Positions 18,513-28,807 of a stretch of 64,000 nucleotides of DNA are shown here, in pieces (positions within the stretch are counted from its first letter, which is position 1; each line of letters begins with the position of its first letter). Under the pieces are notes generated by a model. That model was not told the DNA's origin. It made no database searches and saw only the letters and a list, made by a program, of their open reading frames with translations. The position numbers and the translations under genes were made by a program. This stretch comes from Phycisphaerales bacterium. GTDB lineage: Bacteria > Planctomycetota > Phycisphaerae > Phycisphaerales > UBA1924. Location: NCBI GenBank assembly GCA_965227775.1, contig OZ245777.1, forward strand, positions 64,001 through 128,000. The letters are read 5' to 3'.

Positions 18513-19964
18513 TCAGGTCGTCCGCCGGCTCTCCCAGGGCCCAGTGATCGCCAGTGTCAGCCCCGCCGTCTGGATGTTCACGAACATCGTCGTCCCATCC
18601 GGGCTGAAGCACGCGCCGGCAAACTCGCTGTGGCTCCGCGCGTTGCGGCCGAGCTTGTAGATCCGTCCCTCGGGCGTGACACCCACCAGATACTGCTCGT
18701 CCGCCCCGTCCTCGCAGATCACCAGATCGCCGAACGGCGCCACCGTGATGTTGTCGGCGTTGTCGACCAGGCCCGCGTCGTTGGGCTCGATGAACAGCTC
18801 CAGCACACCCGGCTGCCGATCCTCACCGCTCGAGCCCTCGGCCGGCGAAGGCGTGTACCGCCAGATCTGGCCCTTGTTGATACGCCCCCCACTCGTGCAC
18901 GCGAAGTACGCCGACGCCGGCGAGTCGTCGGCAAGCGCCCCCCACCACATGCCCTCGCCGCGAGCAAACCGGGCCGCACCCTTCGCGAAGCCGCGCTTAC
19001 GCAGGTCGTCCTTGGGGCTCTCGACATTCTCCATGTCGATCCACCGGACCTCAAGCCGCTCGCCGATCGCGACCTTCTGCCGTTGCCAGTTCCGCGTGTC
19101 GAGGCTCAGCTTGCCCTTGATGCTCAGCGCCTGCAGCTTCCCGCCGTCGCGCAGCTTGCCGGGCGTGTTGGGCACGAAGCGGTAGACGAGCCCATCGTGC
19201 CGATCCTCGGTCTGGTACACGATGCCCGTGTCCGGATGCACGCACACCGCCTCATGCATGAACCGGCCCATCGCCTTCAGCGGCACGGGATCGGCAAGCC
19301 CGGGCGTCGCGCTCGCGGGCACCTCGAAGTTGTACCCGTGGTCCTTCTCGTAGATCTTCTTGTCGCCGTACCGGTCGCTCGCGCGCTCGGCCGTCTCCTC
19401 GCACGTAATCCACGAGCCCCAGGGCGTCGGCCCGCCCGCACAATTGCGGATCGTTCCCGCCAGCGACAAGTACTCCTTCTCCACCGTGCCCGTTCGAGTG
19501 TCGTACACGATCGTCGTCGTGCCGCCGTAGCTGTGGTACTCGCCAAACCCCGCGTCGTAGAACTTCGCCCGCGGCAAGCGCCCCGCAAGCCGCTGCCCGT
19601 CGCCATACGGGCTGCCGTTCTTCTTGCTCGGGTCGAGCTCGTGGTTGCGCACGATGATCGTCGTACCGTTCGGCCCTTCGAACGCACCCATCGCGTCGGG
19701 CAAGCCCGGCACCAGCAGCCCATCGCTCATGGTCTGCCCGATGCGGCTGATGACCTGGTACCGAAACCCTGCCGGCAGATCGAGGATCTTGTTCGGATCG
19801 GCGCGCAACGGCCCGAATCCAAGCCCGATCGCATCGCTCGCCGGCGTCGCGAACGCATTGCCGGCAAACAGCGCCTGCAGGCCACCAAACCCAAGCGTGA
19901 CCGCAGCGGCCGACTGCAGGAACTGGCGGCGGGTTGGCTCCACGTTGGTGTGCACGGTCGTCAT
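18513..19964 (-). CDS. phoX: PhoX-family alkaline phosphatase (DUF839), Tat-exported
   Basis: TRRQFL Tat motif; NHE, NCAGGPTPWGSWITCEE, GRFMHEA, DNITV, EFAGACFSPDG. Confidence 0.88.
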   Translation of the reverse strand: MTTVHTNVEPTRRQFLQSAAAVTLGFGGLQALFAGNAFATPASDAIGLGFGPLRADPNKILDLPAGFRYQVISRIGQTMSDGLLVPGLPDAMGAFEGPNGTTIIVRNHELDPSKKNGSPYGDGQRLAGRLPRAKFYDAGFGEYHSYGGTTTIVYDTRTGTVEKEYLSLAGTIRNCAGGPTPWGSWITCEETAERASDRYGDKKIYEKDHGYNFEVPASATPGLADPVPLKAMGRFMHEAVCVHPDTGIVYQTEDRHDGLVYRFVPNTPGKLRDGGKLQALSIKGKLSLDTRNWQRQKVAIGERLEVRWIDMENVESPKDDLRKRGFAKGAARFARGEGMWWGALADDSPASAYFACTSGGRINKGQIWRYTPSPAEGSSGEDRQPGVLELFIEPNDAGLVDNADNITVAPFGDLVICEDGADEQYLVGVTPEGRIYKLGRNARSHSEFAGACFSPDGTTMFVNIQTAGLTLAITGPWESRRTT

Positions 19965-20070
19965 GCCAAAAAGATACAAACCCACCAACGGCGGTGGCCG
20001 TATCCAAGGGATTGTATGAGCCAGATTTAGCGCCCGCTTTGCGCAGCCGTCGCTCTAGAGTCAGCCCGTC

Positions 20071-21180
20071 ATGCCACGCCAGGCGACAAAGACCATCCGG
20101 ACCCTCCTGGGAGGATGCCGCTGGCGCTGGCATCGTCGCATCGCCTCGCTTCTCTTCGCCGGCGCCCTGCTCTCCGTGATCTCGAGCTGGATCGCGCAGT
20201 GGCACGGATTCGTTACCTCGCGACAAGTCCGATGGGTGCAAGGTCCCCGGCCGGGCTTTATCACCAGTATTGGCCCCGCCGGCGGCCTATACGACAGCGG
20301 CGACGGCGTCGGGCTCTACGACGAATCCATGAGTCCGCTTTCGGCGGTCTACCCGGCCCCACAACACACGGTCGGCCACCCCGCAGAAATCCTCTGGACC
20401 TTGCACTCGATCGACTGGAACGGCTCGATCGAGTGGTCGGCCCGGCGCAATCGCTGGGATGCGCAGGCCCCGCTCGAAGGCTACAACAGCGCCAGCGAAA
20501 CACTCCATCTCAAGCCCTCGAGAGGACACTCGTTCTACGACAGGAACTCGTTCTACGCCTTCCACGCGAGCACGCAGCCACCGGCATGGCTCACCCAAGC
20601 GCACAAGCTCACTCCTCGACGGGCCGAGCATGCCAGGATACGTAACGGCGATGCAACCTCGGCCCGACCTTTCCTGGATGAAACACGCGGCTGGGTCGCC
20701 GCCTCCGCATTCCTTCCCGTGCCGGGTCACAGCGACGTCGACAGCGCGATCCCCGTCGAACGCTGGTCCGCCCAACGCGCCGGCTGGCCGATGCACGCCA
20801 TGATGACCGAGCAGTACGCCATCGGCCCGCGACCGCCCATCGAACGCGTGCAAGACATGCCCCTCATCAGCCTCCGCCACGGCCTGCGCGGCGGCCTCAT
20901 CCTCCACCACCTACCCCAACACCCGTTGCTCCACCCGCTGGGCCACCACAGCTTGCCGCTCGTGCCGGTGTGGCCCGGCTTCGCGGTCAATGCCGCGTTC
21001 TACGCAGCATGCGTCGCCACGCTCTGGCTCGCCGCCGCCACAACGCACCACATCCTGGGCACCAAACGCCGTCGCCGCAAACGCGGCCAATGCGAAGCCT
21101 GCGGCTACGACCTCACGGGATTGGAACAATGCCCCGAATGCGGAAGCCCAGCAGCACCGAGAATCAAGCCATGCGACTGA
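20071..21180 (+). CDS. Hypothetical membrane protein with C-terminal zinc ribbon
   Basis: N- and C-terminal TM segments; RRRKRGQCEACGYDLTGLEQCPECG. Confidence 0.7.
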   Translation: MPRQATKTIRTLLGGCRWRWHRRIASLLFAGALLSVISSWIAQWHGFVTSRQVRWVQGPRPGFITSIGPAGGLYDSGDGVGLYDESMSPLSAVYPAPQHTVGHPAEILWTLHSIDWNGSIEWSARRNRWDAQAPLEGYNSASETLHLKPSRGHSFYDRNSFYAFHASTQPPAWLTQAHKLTPRRAEHARIRNGDATSARPFLDETRGWVAASAFLPVPGHSDVDSAIPVERWSAQRAGWPMHAMMTEQYAIGPRPPIERVQDMPLISLRHGLRGGLILHHLPQHPLLHPLGHHSLPLVPVWPGFAVNAAFYAACVATLWLAAATTHHILGTKRRRRKRGQCEACGYDLTGLEQCPECGSPAAPRIKPCD

Positions 21181-21941
21181 CCCTCAGGGGCAAACACAAG
21201 CGGTGGTTCGGTCACCCAGCAATCATCGCTGTGCTGTTCGGACTCCTCGTGGCTGACTACATCTCGATCCCCAGCGGTTACTGGCGAGGCGGCTCAACCG
21301 TCAAGACCAAGATCGAGCACCTCACCGGTACGTGGGACAGAGTCCTAGTTTCGCCGCGCCTGTTCCCAGGCGTGTACATGCACAAAGGCAACGAGATCGA
21401 ACTAATCTGGGAGACCTTTACGCCCATCCCCGGACAATTGACCCTTGGCGACTTGAAGCAGCCCGGTGGTCGTATCGACCAATCATGGGGCTATCTCGGT
21501 AGCCCGACCTGGCGAAGAATTGAACTCCGCGGCTTCTATCACATCACGCACAAACAGACGTCCCACGCATTCGATCCGGGATTGACGCCCGACCAAACCT
21601 CCCGCATGATGGAGCTCTTCATCGAGCGATCCGAGTCGATTCCCCACACCCACGAACTTGCGGCATTTTCTTCTGAGTTCGCAGAGATCCGCGACTTGTA
21701 CGCCCAAGGAAAGACCTCCGAACGCACGCCCATCCCCATCGGTTACTACCGAAATGCTGTTGCACTCGCTCTTCTCGTTCTCCTCGTCGTTGCTATTGCC
21801 CGAGGCCGCACCGACCTCTGGCTCAAAGCCTTGAAAAACCGCCTCCTCAAACGCTACCCGCCCGGCCACTGCCCCCAATGCGGCTACGACGCTCGCGGCC
21901 TCGAGACCTGCCCCGAGTGCGGCGCCGACCTCGCCACCTAA
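21171..21941 (+). CDS. Hypothetical membrane protein with C-terminal zinc ribbon
   Basis: Overlaps the previous stop; PGHCPQCGYDARGLETCPECG. Confidence 0.7.
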   Translation: MRLTLRGKHKRWFGHPAIIAVLFGLLVADYISIPSGYWRGGSTVKTKIEHLTGTWDRVLVSPRLFPGVYMHKGNEIELIWETFTPIPGQLTLGDLKQPGGRIDQSWGYLGSPTWRRIELRGFYHITHKQTSHAFDPGLTPDQTSRMMELFIERSESIPHTHELAAFSSEFAEIRDLYAQGKTSERTPIPIGYYRNAVALALLVLLVVAIARGRTDLWLKALKNRLLKRYPPGHCPQCGYDARGLETCPECGADLAT

Positions 21942-22942
21942 GCAATCATCGCCGTCGTCACCACGTTCTCGGGCGGCACGCTCCCGGCCTCGAAGCCCGT
22001 GAGGTTCGCGATCGTCGTCTCGGCAATGTTCGACAACGCCTCGCGCGTGAAGAAGCCCTGGTGGCCCGTGATGAGCACGTTGGGGAACGTCAGCAGCCGG
22101 GCAAACACCTCGTCATCCAGGATCTCACTCGAAAGGTCCTTGAAGAACAGGTCACCCTCCTCTTCGTACACGTCGATGCCCAGCGACCCGAGCGTGCGCT
22201 TCTTGAGCGCGTCGATCACCGCGCGCGTGTCCACCACCGCCCCGCGGCTGGTGTTGATCAGCATCGCGCCGTCCTTCATCTTCCCGAGTGCCTCGGAATC
22301 GATCAGGTGCCGCGTCTTGGGCGTCAGCGGGCAATGCAGCGAGACGATGTCGCTCTCTCGCAGCAGCCGATCCATGTCCACGAACTCGATGCCGAGCGCA
22401 CGACCCTCTTCGCTCGGCTCGACATCGAACGCGAGCACACGGCAGCCAAAGCCCAGCAAGATCCGGCACGCCGCAAGCCCGATCCGCCCCGTCCCCACGA
22501 CGCCGGCCGTCTTGCCCTTCATGTCGAAGCCCATGAGCCCATCGAGCGCGAAGTTCCGCTCGCGCACGCGGTTGTACGCCCGGTGGATCTTGCGATTCAG
22601 GCACAGCATCAAGCCGATCGCGTGCTCGGCAACCGCCTCGGGCGAGTACGCCGGCACACGCGCGACCGCGACGCCGAGCCGCTCGGCCGCCTCCAGGTCC
22701 ACCTGGTTGAACCCCGCCGCCCGCAACGCCACCAGCCCGACGCCGCACGCACGCAGCCGCTCCAGCACCGCAGCCGAGGCATCGTCCTGGCTGAACACCA
22801 CGACCGCCCCAAACCCCTTGGCAAGCTCAGCCGTCACCTCGCGCAGCGACGCTTCAACGAAGTGCAACTCGTGCCGCCCCCCGTTGGACTCTTCCAAGGC
22901 CCGCCTGTCGAACGCCCGAGTGCTGTACACCAGTGCCTTCAT
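21938..22942 (-). CDS. ldhA: D-lactate dehydrogenase (D-2-hydroxyacid dehydrogenase)
   Basis: RAAGFNQVD, VPAYSPEAVAEH, GTGRIG, INTSRG, DVYEEE, TGHQGFFT. Confidence 0.9.
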   Translation of the reverse strand: MKALVYSTRAFDRRALEESNGGRHELHFVEASLREVTAELAKGFGAVVVFSQDDASAAVLERLRACGVGLVALRAAGFNQVDLEAAERLGVAVARVPAYSPEAVAEHAIGLMLCLNRKIHRAYNRVRERNFALDGLMGFDMKGKTAGVVGTGRIGLAACRILLGFGCRVLAFDVEPSEEGRALGIEFVDMDRLLRESDIVSLHCPLTPKTRHLIDSEALGKMKDGAMLINTSRGAVVDTRAVIDALKKRTLGSLGIDVYEEEGDLFFKDLSSEILDDEVFARLLTFPNVLITGHQGFFTREALSNIAETTIANLTGFEAGSVPPENVVTTAMIA

Positions 22943-22997
22943 GGCGAATCCAAGCCCGCAGAGGACAGCCCGGCAAGCAGCACCGCGCCACCGAACA

Positions 22998-23029
22998 AGA
23001 AGCCCGCGACCGCACGGCCGCGGGCTTCT
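22998..23029 (-). terminator. Hairpin terminator after the S8 peptidase gene
   Basis: AGAAGCCCGCG...CGCGGGCTTCT inverted repeat with T-rich flanks. Confidence 0.65.
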
Positions 23030-23053
23030 ATTTCATAATCGAAACTCGATCGC

Positions 23054-26000
23054 TCAGGCGATGTCGCTCTGGATACCCAGCGGCACCCCCAGCGTGCCGA
23101 ACGAGCCATCGAAGAAGCTGTCGGTGCGGCCCTGGTACGCCACAATGCCCGTCGAGCTCTTCACGGTGAAGCCGTAGAAGACGCCCGCCGCCCCATCGGC
23201 CGCCGCCGCCGCGAAGCGGGCCGGGCTCAGGAAGCTGCGGAGGTCGAACTCGCTCACCGTGGACGCGCCCGCCACGCGGCGGAACGTCTCGGTGCTGCCG
23301 TCGGTGAAGCGGAAGGTGATCTCCAGCAGGCTGTCATTCATGCCCGGGTTGTACACCCGCAGGTACTCGCGCACCTGGCCGGCCTGCGAAGGCGCGAAGC
23401 CCTCGCTGAATCCCCACAACGAGTGGGCGTCGTTCGCCGTCGAGCTCGACAGCGCCTCACCCAGCCCACGCGTGCTGCTCGAAACAACCACGGCCTGGTC
23501 GCTCTCGTAGAACACGCCATAGGGCGTACCGGTCGGGAACAGCGCGATCTCCTGCACGTTGACCAGGCTCACACGGCCCGAGGCAACCTCCACGGTCTGG
23601 CGAATCGCTCCACCATTGTCGAAGATGAACTGCAGCGTAACAGTCGCCGCCGAATCCGACGGGTTGAAGACGCTGATCGTCTCGCTCTCGCTCGACTGGC
23701 CGATCTGGCCCTCGGCGATGGCGCCCTGCGTCGAACCCAGGTTCGCTTCGCCAAGCTGCGCCGAACCCGCACCATTGCCAAAGCTGCTCGCCGCCGCGAC
23801 GATCCGCTCGCTCGCGACGATCGACACGCCGTAACTGCCCGGCGTGATCCGTCCGGCCAGCTGGCCGTTGGCAAGCTCGTTGTTGAAGTTCCAGCCGCCG
23901 CGGCGGTAGCCCTCAAGCGTGTACACCAGTTCGACTGCCTGCCCACCCTGCCCGCTCAGCGGGAAGAGGAAGACGCTGACCTTGGTCGTGTTGCCGGTCG
24001 TGTTCAGGAACGTCACGAAGTCGCTCTGGCCCTGGCCGATCGACACGCTGCCGAAGCTCCACGTCTCGCTCGTCACGCCGCTGAACGCCTCTCCCGTCGA
24101 CGAACCGAAGTCGAAGTGGCTCATCGTCGCCGCGATCGGTACCGAAGAACGAATCTCCAGCGCGTAGGGCGTGTCCTTGAATACGCCGTCGGCCGAACCA
24201 GACACCGGGTTGAACACGTTGGTCGCGCTGCCTTGCTCATACAGCTCGGGCGTCGTGATCGTCAACGCATCGGGGCTGCGCGTGTTGGCTTCCACCGTGC
24301 CGTCGAAGATCACCTGATCGCGGATCGGAACGCTCGGGTCCTCGTACCGCACGATCACCACAACGCGGGCATCAGTGTCCGTGAAGTTCGTCAGCGGCAC
24401 AAACGTGCTCGAGCGGTCATTCGCGAAGCCCTCGGGGTAATACTGGCGATACGCCAGGTCAGCCAGGCCCTCGCTGTCATCCGCCGGAGCGGTCGGGTCG
24501 TAGGTCAGCAGGCCGCCATCAAGCCGCTGCATGTCCGCACGGGTATTGGTCGCGGTCGCCTGCAGGCCGTTCTCGCCAGCAATTCCCTCCTGGCCCTGCT
24601 CGCTCAGGTACACGAAGTACCGCATCGTCGTCGTCTTGCCAGGATCGACCGCGCCGATGTCGTAGCTCAGCGCCATGGTCAGATCGTCCGACAAGCCGTC
24701 TGGGTCGGCCACCATGCGATCGACGACGCTCTGCGGGTTGCGAACGTCGGAAGACAGCGAGGCGAAGAACGCGCTCGCACGCGTATCGCTCGGGTCCGCC
24801 GCCAGGCCGATCGCCAGGCCGCTGCTGCCCGTCGACACGGCCATCGCCTGCCCATCGATCACATCGTTGATCGTGAACAGGGTGCCGGTCGTGCCCACGT
24901 TCTGGTCGGGGTTGAATCCCTCGGTCCACAGCACGTCGCTGATGCGGCGAGAGGTCGTGTTCGTCAGCGTCACGTCGATGGCGATGAAGTTGTCGCCCAC
25001 CCCGTAGCTCATCGCACGGTTCACAAGGAAGCCGTTCGTCACGCCACTGATCGCCACTCGATTCACGCTCGGCGTCGACTGGCTGGTGACGTTGAACGGC
25101 ACGTCCTGGCTGGTGCCCGCGCCGTCGTTGATGAACGCGCCCATGTCAGTGCCAAGCCCGAAGAACGCCGGCCGGCCGTCGAACGCACCGCCAAGGAACT
25201 CGGCCCCACCGAAGACGATCGCCTGGCCGTCAAGGCCCCAGGCACCGCTAGGCGAGAGGCCCACGTTCAAGCGGTCGCCGTTGAAGATCACGCCCGGATC
25301 ACTCACGCCCGAGTTCAGGCGCACCTCGAGGTTGTACGACCCGACCGTGTCACCGTCCTCGCCCGAACCAACGATCGTCGGGTCATACGCGCCCGGCGCC
25401 ACAGCGCGGGTCGAGTCGCTGATGCCAACGAAGTACGTGCCGCCGTCGACGAACACGAAGCCATCAATGGCCGCATCGAGCTCGCCGGCCGGGTTCGAGC
25501 CCTGCAGCTCGTTACCCTCGGCGTCGAACAGCCGGATCGCAAGGTTGGCAACACCGCCCGAGGTCGCCTCGATCGAGAACGTGCTGCCCGCCGCGGCCTC
25601 GAACTGGTAGAGGTCCACGTCGCGAGCACCAAAGCCGCCGTCACCCAGGAAGGCGTTGAAGTTCACCACGCCCTGCGAGGGCTCGATCAGACGCGCCGTC
25701 GTCAGCGTGTCGTTCAGCTCGAACGGGCCGAAGATGTCGTTCTCGAGCACGAGATCCAGCGACCAACCAAGCAGGCTGCCGATGTCGTTGCCCTTCGTAT
25801 CGCGGATCACCAGCTGCCACACGCCCTGCGCGGAGGTGCCGTTATACGCATCAAGCGACTGTTGCGGGCGCCACGAGCCGGTGAACGGCGCATCGGCCGC
25901 CGTCGCGCTGGTGATGTTCCGTGTCGCATCGTCGTCGAAGACCGTGCCGATGAAGTCGTCGGCGTCGGCGCCGACTTCGGTGAACAGGCGAACTTCTTGG

Positions 26001-28489
26001 CCCTGCGGGCCAACCAGGCTCACCGTCAGGTCGCTCACAAAGCTGTGATTGATGTCGATCGTCACGTTGACGTCGCGCACCTCGCGCGAGTCGCTTACGA
26101 CGATCGAGTCAACCAGAACGCTCTGGTCCGGAATCGTCCGGCCAGGAGCCGCGTAGCTGCTGCCACGGTTGATCTCGGCATCACCAATCAGTGCGACATC
26201 CACACGCAGGTCGTAGTTGCCCGTGCTCTGCGTCTCGCCGCTACCGGCCACCAACGGCAGGTACTGCTCGTTACCGAAGCCGCTCACGCCCACGTAGTAC
26301 ACGCCCGCGCTGGGTACGAAGAAGTCGATGAACGGATCGTTCCCGAAGAACTGATCGTTGATCGCCAGCTCCTGGCCCGCCGCATCGAACAGTCGCAGCA
26401 CGCCATCCAGTGTGCTAGGCGTGGGCAGCTGCTGTGCGAACACGCGCGCCGAGATCAGGCCGCCTCGCGGCATATCCAGGCGGAAGATGTCCACGTCGCG
26501 ACCGGCGAACACACCGTCGCCGATGGTGCGACCCGCGAACGTCACGGTGCCATCGCCACCACCGGGGATGATCGCCGGCGTCGCGGTGGCCAGGCGATCG
26601 TTGGGCTCGCCGATGCCCGGCGCAAGGATCAGCTCGAACTCGTAGACCTCGTCCTGACCGCTCGACGAATCACCATTGAGGAAGTTGCCCTCGTCGTCGA
26701 TGATCGCCGTGTTGTCAATCGTCAGGCGGTAGTCGTCGATGGCGCTCAGCGAGCCGACCGGCGTCAGCGTCAGCACCGTGCGTGTCGCATCGAGCTCGGC
26801 CGTCGCAAGGTTGACCGTCACCTCGTTACCATCGAAGAAGCTGCCGTCGCCATTCGCGCGGATCAACGAAATGCGACTCAGGATGTCAACCGGCAGCGCC
26901 TGCACGGGCTCGCTGAACGACACCTGCACCTCGCCCACCGGTGAACCAGCGATCTGGCCGGGGCTCACCTGCAGCACCAACGGGCCATCGGTCGTGATGA
27001 TCTGCAACGCGCGAGCCGCGTTGACGCGCCCATCGGCCACAACACGGTCCTGCAGGGCCGCGATCGGGTCCGACGACGCAATCAACGCGTCGGTCACCTG
27101 CTCGGGCGTTAGGTCGGGCCGCACCGTCTTCATAAGGCCGACGACACCCGCCACGATCGGGCCCGAGAAGCTCGTGCCATCGATGAAGGTGTACTGGCCG
27201 TTGACCGCCGTGGTCAGAATGGCCTCACCCGGAGCCGCCACGTCGACCGTGGTCTCACCAAAGTTCGAGAAGTCCGCAAGCTCGTCGCGGTTGTTGGTCG
27301 CCGCCACCGCCACGATACCCGGCAGGTTGTACGCGGCCGGGAACGCCGTGAACGCGTCGTCGTTGTCGTTGCTGTCATTGCCGGCCGAGGCCACGAATGT
27401 CGCGCCCGCGGCGATGAAGTCCTCGATGGCCTCACGCTCGAAGTCGAACTCCTCAAACTCCGCGAAGAAGGCCGGGCTGAACGCGCCGTAGCTGTTGTTG
27501 CTGGCCACGATGTTCGTGCCCGCATTGATCAGCCCCGTCAGGTAATCGTGCGCCGCGATGATCGCGCCACCGACTAGCGCGCCCTGCTCGTTGGCGATCT
27601 TGATCGGCAGGATCGAAACGTCCCAGTTCACGCCCGAGATACCGATGCCGTTGTTGCCCACGGCGCCGATCGTGCCCGCCACCGCCGTGCCGTGGCCGCC
27701 ACCGATCGCGGTGTCATCCGGGTTGTTGTCGCCGCCGAACTGACCGCTGCCGCCCGGACCAAACGTCGCGGTGCCGAAGTCCCAACCACGCACGTCGTCG
27801 ATGAAGCCGTTGCCGTCGTCGTCGATGCCGTTGCCAGGCACCTCACCGGCGTTCTGCCAGATGTTGTCCGCCAGGTCCTCGTGGTACCACTCAACGCCCG
27901 TGTCCACCACAGCGATCACCACGCCACTCGAACCGGTCGTGATCTCCCACGCCTCCTCGAGCTTGATGTCCGCCCCGGGCGTGCCCTGCGGCTGACCCGG
28001 AATCGGCTGGCCCACGTTGTCCACCCACCACGCACCCTCGTTCAGCGGGTCGTTCGCCACGCGCTGCGGGGCGTACGCGACGTTGGGCTCGATGTTGATC
28101 AGGTTGCCGATCCGGTCGCGGATCACCTCGATCGCGCCCTCGTGCAGCGGGTCCGGCGTCAGGAACTCGACATACCTGCTGCCGCGATGCATGTAACCGT
28201 CGATGGCAATGCCCAGCTCATGCACCAGCTTGCTGAACTCGGCCGTCAGCGTTTCCTTGTTGACCGAGCGGTCAAAGGTCGCGATCCACGAGTCCTCGAT
28301 CGCGGCAACCTCGCCGTCGCCCCAGGGCCGGATCTCCACGCCCGCCGGCAACTCGACCGCCGACGAAAGCAGCACGCGAGGCTCGAGTGCCTCCACGTGC
28401 GTCGGGGCGTCCGCTCGCCCCGGTGCAGCGGCCCCGGCCAGGCGGAACAGATCGGTCAGGCGGCGGCGGACGGATGTGCTCGTAGACAT
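23054..28489 (-). CDS. Large S8 subtilisin-like serine peptidase with LEPRxLL motif, PPC-like and proprotein-convertase P domains
   Basis: EALEPRVLLS; catalytic VDTG, GHGTAVAG, GTSFSGP; P-domain INHSFVSDL...GVWQLVIRD; C-terminal W/Y-x-F/P-x-EG repeats. Confidence 0.9.
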   Translation of the reverse strand: MSTSTSVRRRLTDLFRLAGAAAPGRADAPTHVEALEPRVLLSSAVELPAGVEIRPWGDGEVAAIEDSWIATFDRSVNKETLTAEFSKLVHELGIAIDGYMHRGSRYVEFLTPDPLHEGAIEVIRDRIGNLINIEPNVAYAPQRVANDPLNEGAWWVDNVGQPIPGQPQGTPGADIKLEEAWEITTGSSGVVIAVVDTGVEWYHEDLADNIWQNAGEVPGNGIDDDGNGFIDDVRGWDFGTATFGPGGSGQFGGDNNPDDTAIGGGHGTAVAGTIGAVGNNGIGISGVNWDVSILPIKIANEQGALVGGAIIAAHDYLTGLINAGTNIVASNNSYGAFSPAFFAEFEEFDFEREAIEDFIAAGATFVASAGNDSNDNDDAFTAFPAAYNLPGIVAVAATNNRDELADFSNFGETTVDVAAPGEAILTTAVNGQYTFIDGTSFSGPIVAGVVGLMKTVRPDLTPEQVTDALIASSDPIAALQDRVVADGRVNAARALQIITTDGPLVLQVSPGQIAGSPVGEVQVSFSEPVQALPVDILSRISLIRANGDGSFFDGNEVTVNLATAELDATRTVLTLTPVGSLSAIDDYRLTIDNTAIIDDEGNFLNGDSSSGQDEVYEFELILAPGIGEPNDRLATATPAIIPGGGDGTVTFAGRTIGDGVFAGRDVDIFRLDMPRGGLISARVFAQQLPTPSTLDGVLRLFDAAGQELAINDQFFGNDPFIDFFVPSAGVYYVGVSGFGNEQYLPLVAGSGETQSTGNYDLRVDVALIGDAEINRGSSYAAPGRTIPDQSVLVDSIVVSDSREVRDVNVTIDINHSFVSDLTVSLVGPQGQEVRLFTEVGADADDFIGTVFDDDATRNITSATAADAPFTGSWRPQQSLDAYNGTSAQGVWQLVIRDTKGNDIGSLLGWSLDLVLENDIFGPFELNDTLTTARLIEPSQGVVNFNAFLGDGGFGARDVDLYQFEAAAGSTFSIEATSGGVANLAIRLFDAEGNELQGSNPAGELDAAIDGFVFVDGGTYFVGISDSTRAVAPGAYDPTIVGSGEDGDTVGSYNLEVRLNSGVSDPGVIFNGDRLNVGLSPSGAWGLDGQAIVFGGAEFLGGAFDGRPAFFGLGTDMGAFINDGAGTSQDVPFNVTSQSTPSVNRVAISGVTNGFLVNRAMSYGVGDNFIAIDVTLTNTTSRRISDVLWTEGFNPDQNVGTTGTLFTINDVIDGQAMAVSTGSSGLAIGLAADPSDTRASAFFASLSSDVRNPQSVVDRMVADPDGLSDDLTMALSYDIGAVDPGKTTTMRYFVYLSEQGQEGIAGENGLQATATNTRADMQRLDGGLLTYDPTAPADDSEGLADLAYRQYYPEGFANDRSSTFVPLTNFTDTDARVVVIVRYEDPSVPIRDQVIFDGTVEANTRSPDALTITTPELYEQGSATNVFNPVSGSADGVFKDTPYALEIRSSVPIAATMSHFDFGSSTGEAFSGVTSETWSFGSVSIGQGQSDFVTFLNTTGNTTKVSVFLFPLSGQGGQAVELVYTLEGYRRGGWNFNNELANGQLAGRITPGSYGVSIVASERIVAAASSFGNGAGSAQLGEANLGSTQGAIAEGQIGQSSESETISVFNPSDSAATVTLQFIFDNGGAIRQTVEVASGRVSLVNVQEIALFPTGTPYGVFYESDQAVVVSSSTRGLGEALSSSTANDAHSLWGFSEGFAPSQAGQVREYLRVYNPGMNDSLLEITFRFTDGSTETFRRVAGASTVSEFDLRSFLSPARFAAAAADGAAGVFYGFTVKSSTGIVAYQGRTDSFFDGSFGTLGVPLGIQSDIA

Positions 28490-28807
28490 CGGAATCTCCA
28501 ACGGCGACGCGCTAAGGCGTGACGGCATCTCGATATGGACGCTTCGGTGCTGGCCCGTCCCGCCGGGCTCGGCGAGACATGAGGGTGGGTCGGTGGGCAT
28601 GAGCCGGCGGCGCCGACCCACGATTTGCGGCCCGCCAGACCTGCGCCCAGCGGCCACTCGGAGCGCTCCGCCGGACGGGGCTGCCCGGCCAGAGATCACG
28701 CCGGCAAGCTCGCCAAGCGCTGCTCCCACACAGGCATACGACCTTCCGGGTCGCACTGTTGCTCAATACGCCGCTAGTGTAGCCGCCGACGCCATCCAGG
28801 TGGCCAG

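Noticed and set aside
23423..26944. 1173-aa plus-strand ORF
   Set aside because: It is an antisense shadow of the S8 peptidase. The same applies to other long Arg/Ala-rich ORFs such as 49903-52077, 18150-20030 and 60163-62106.
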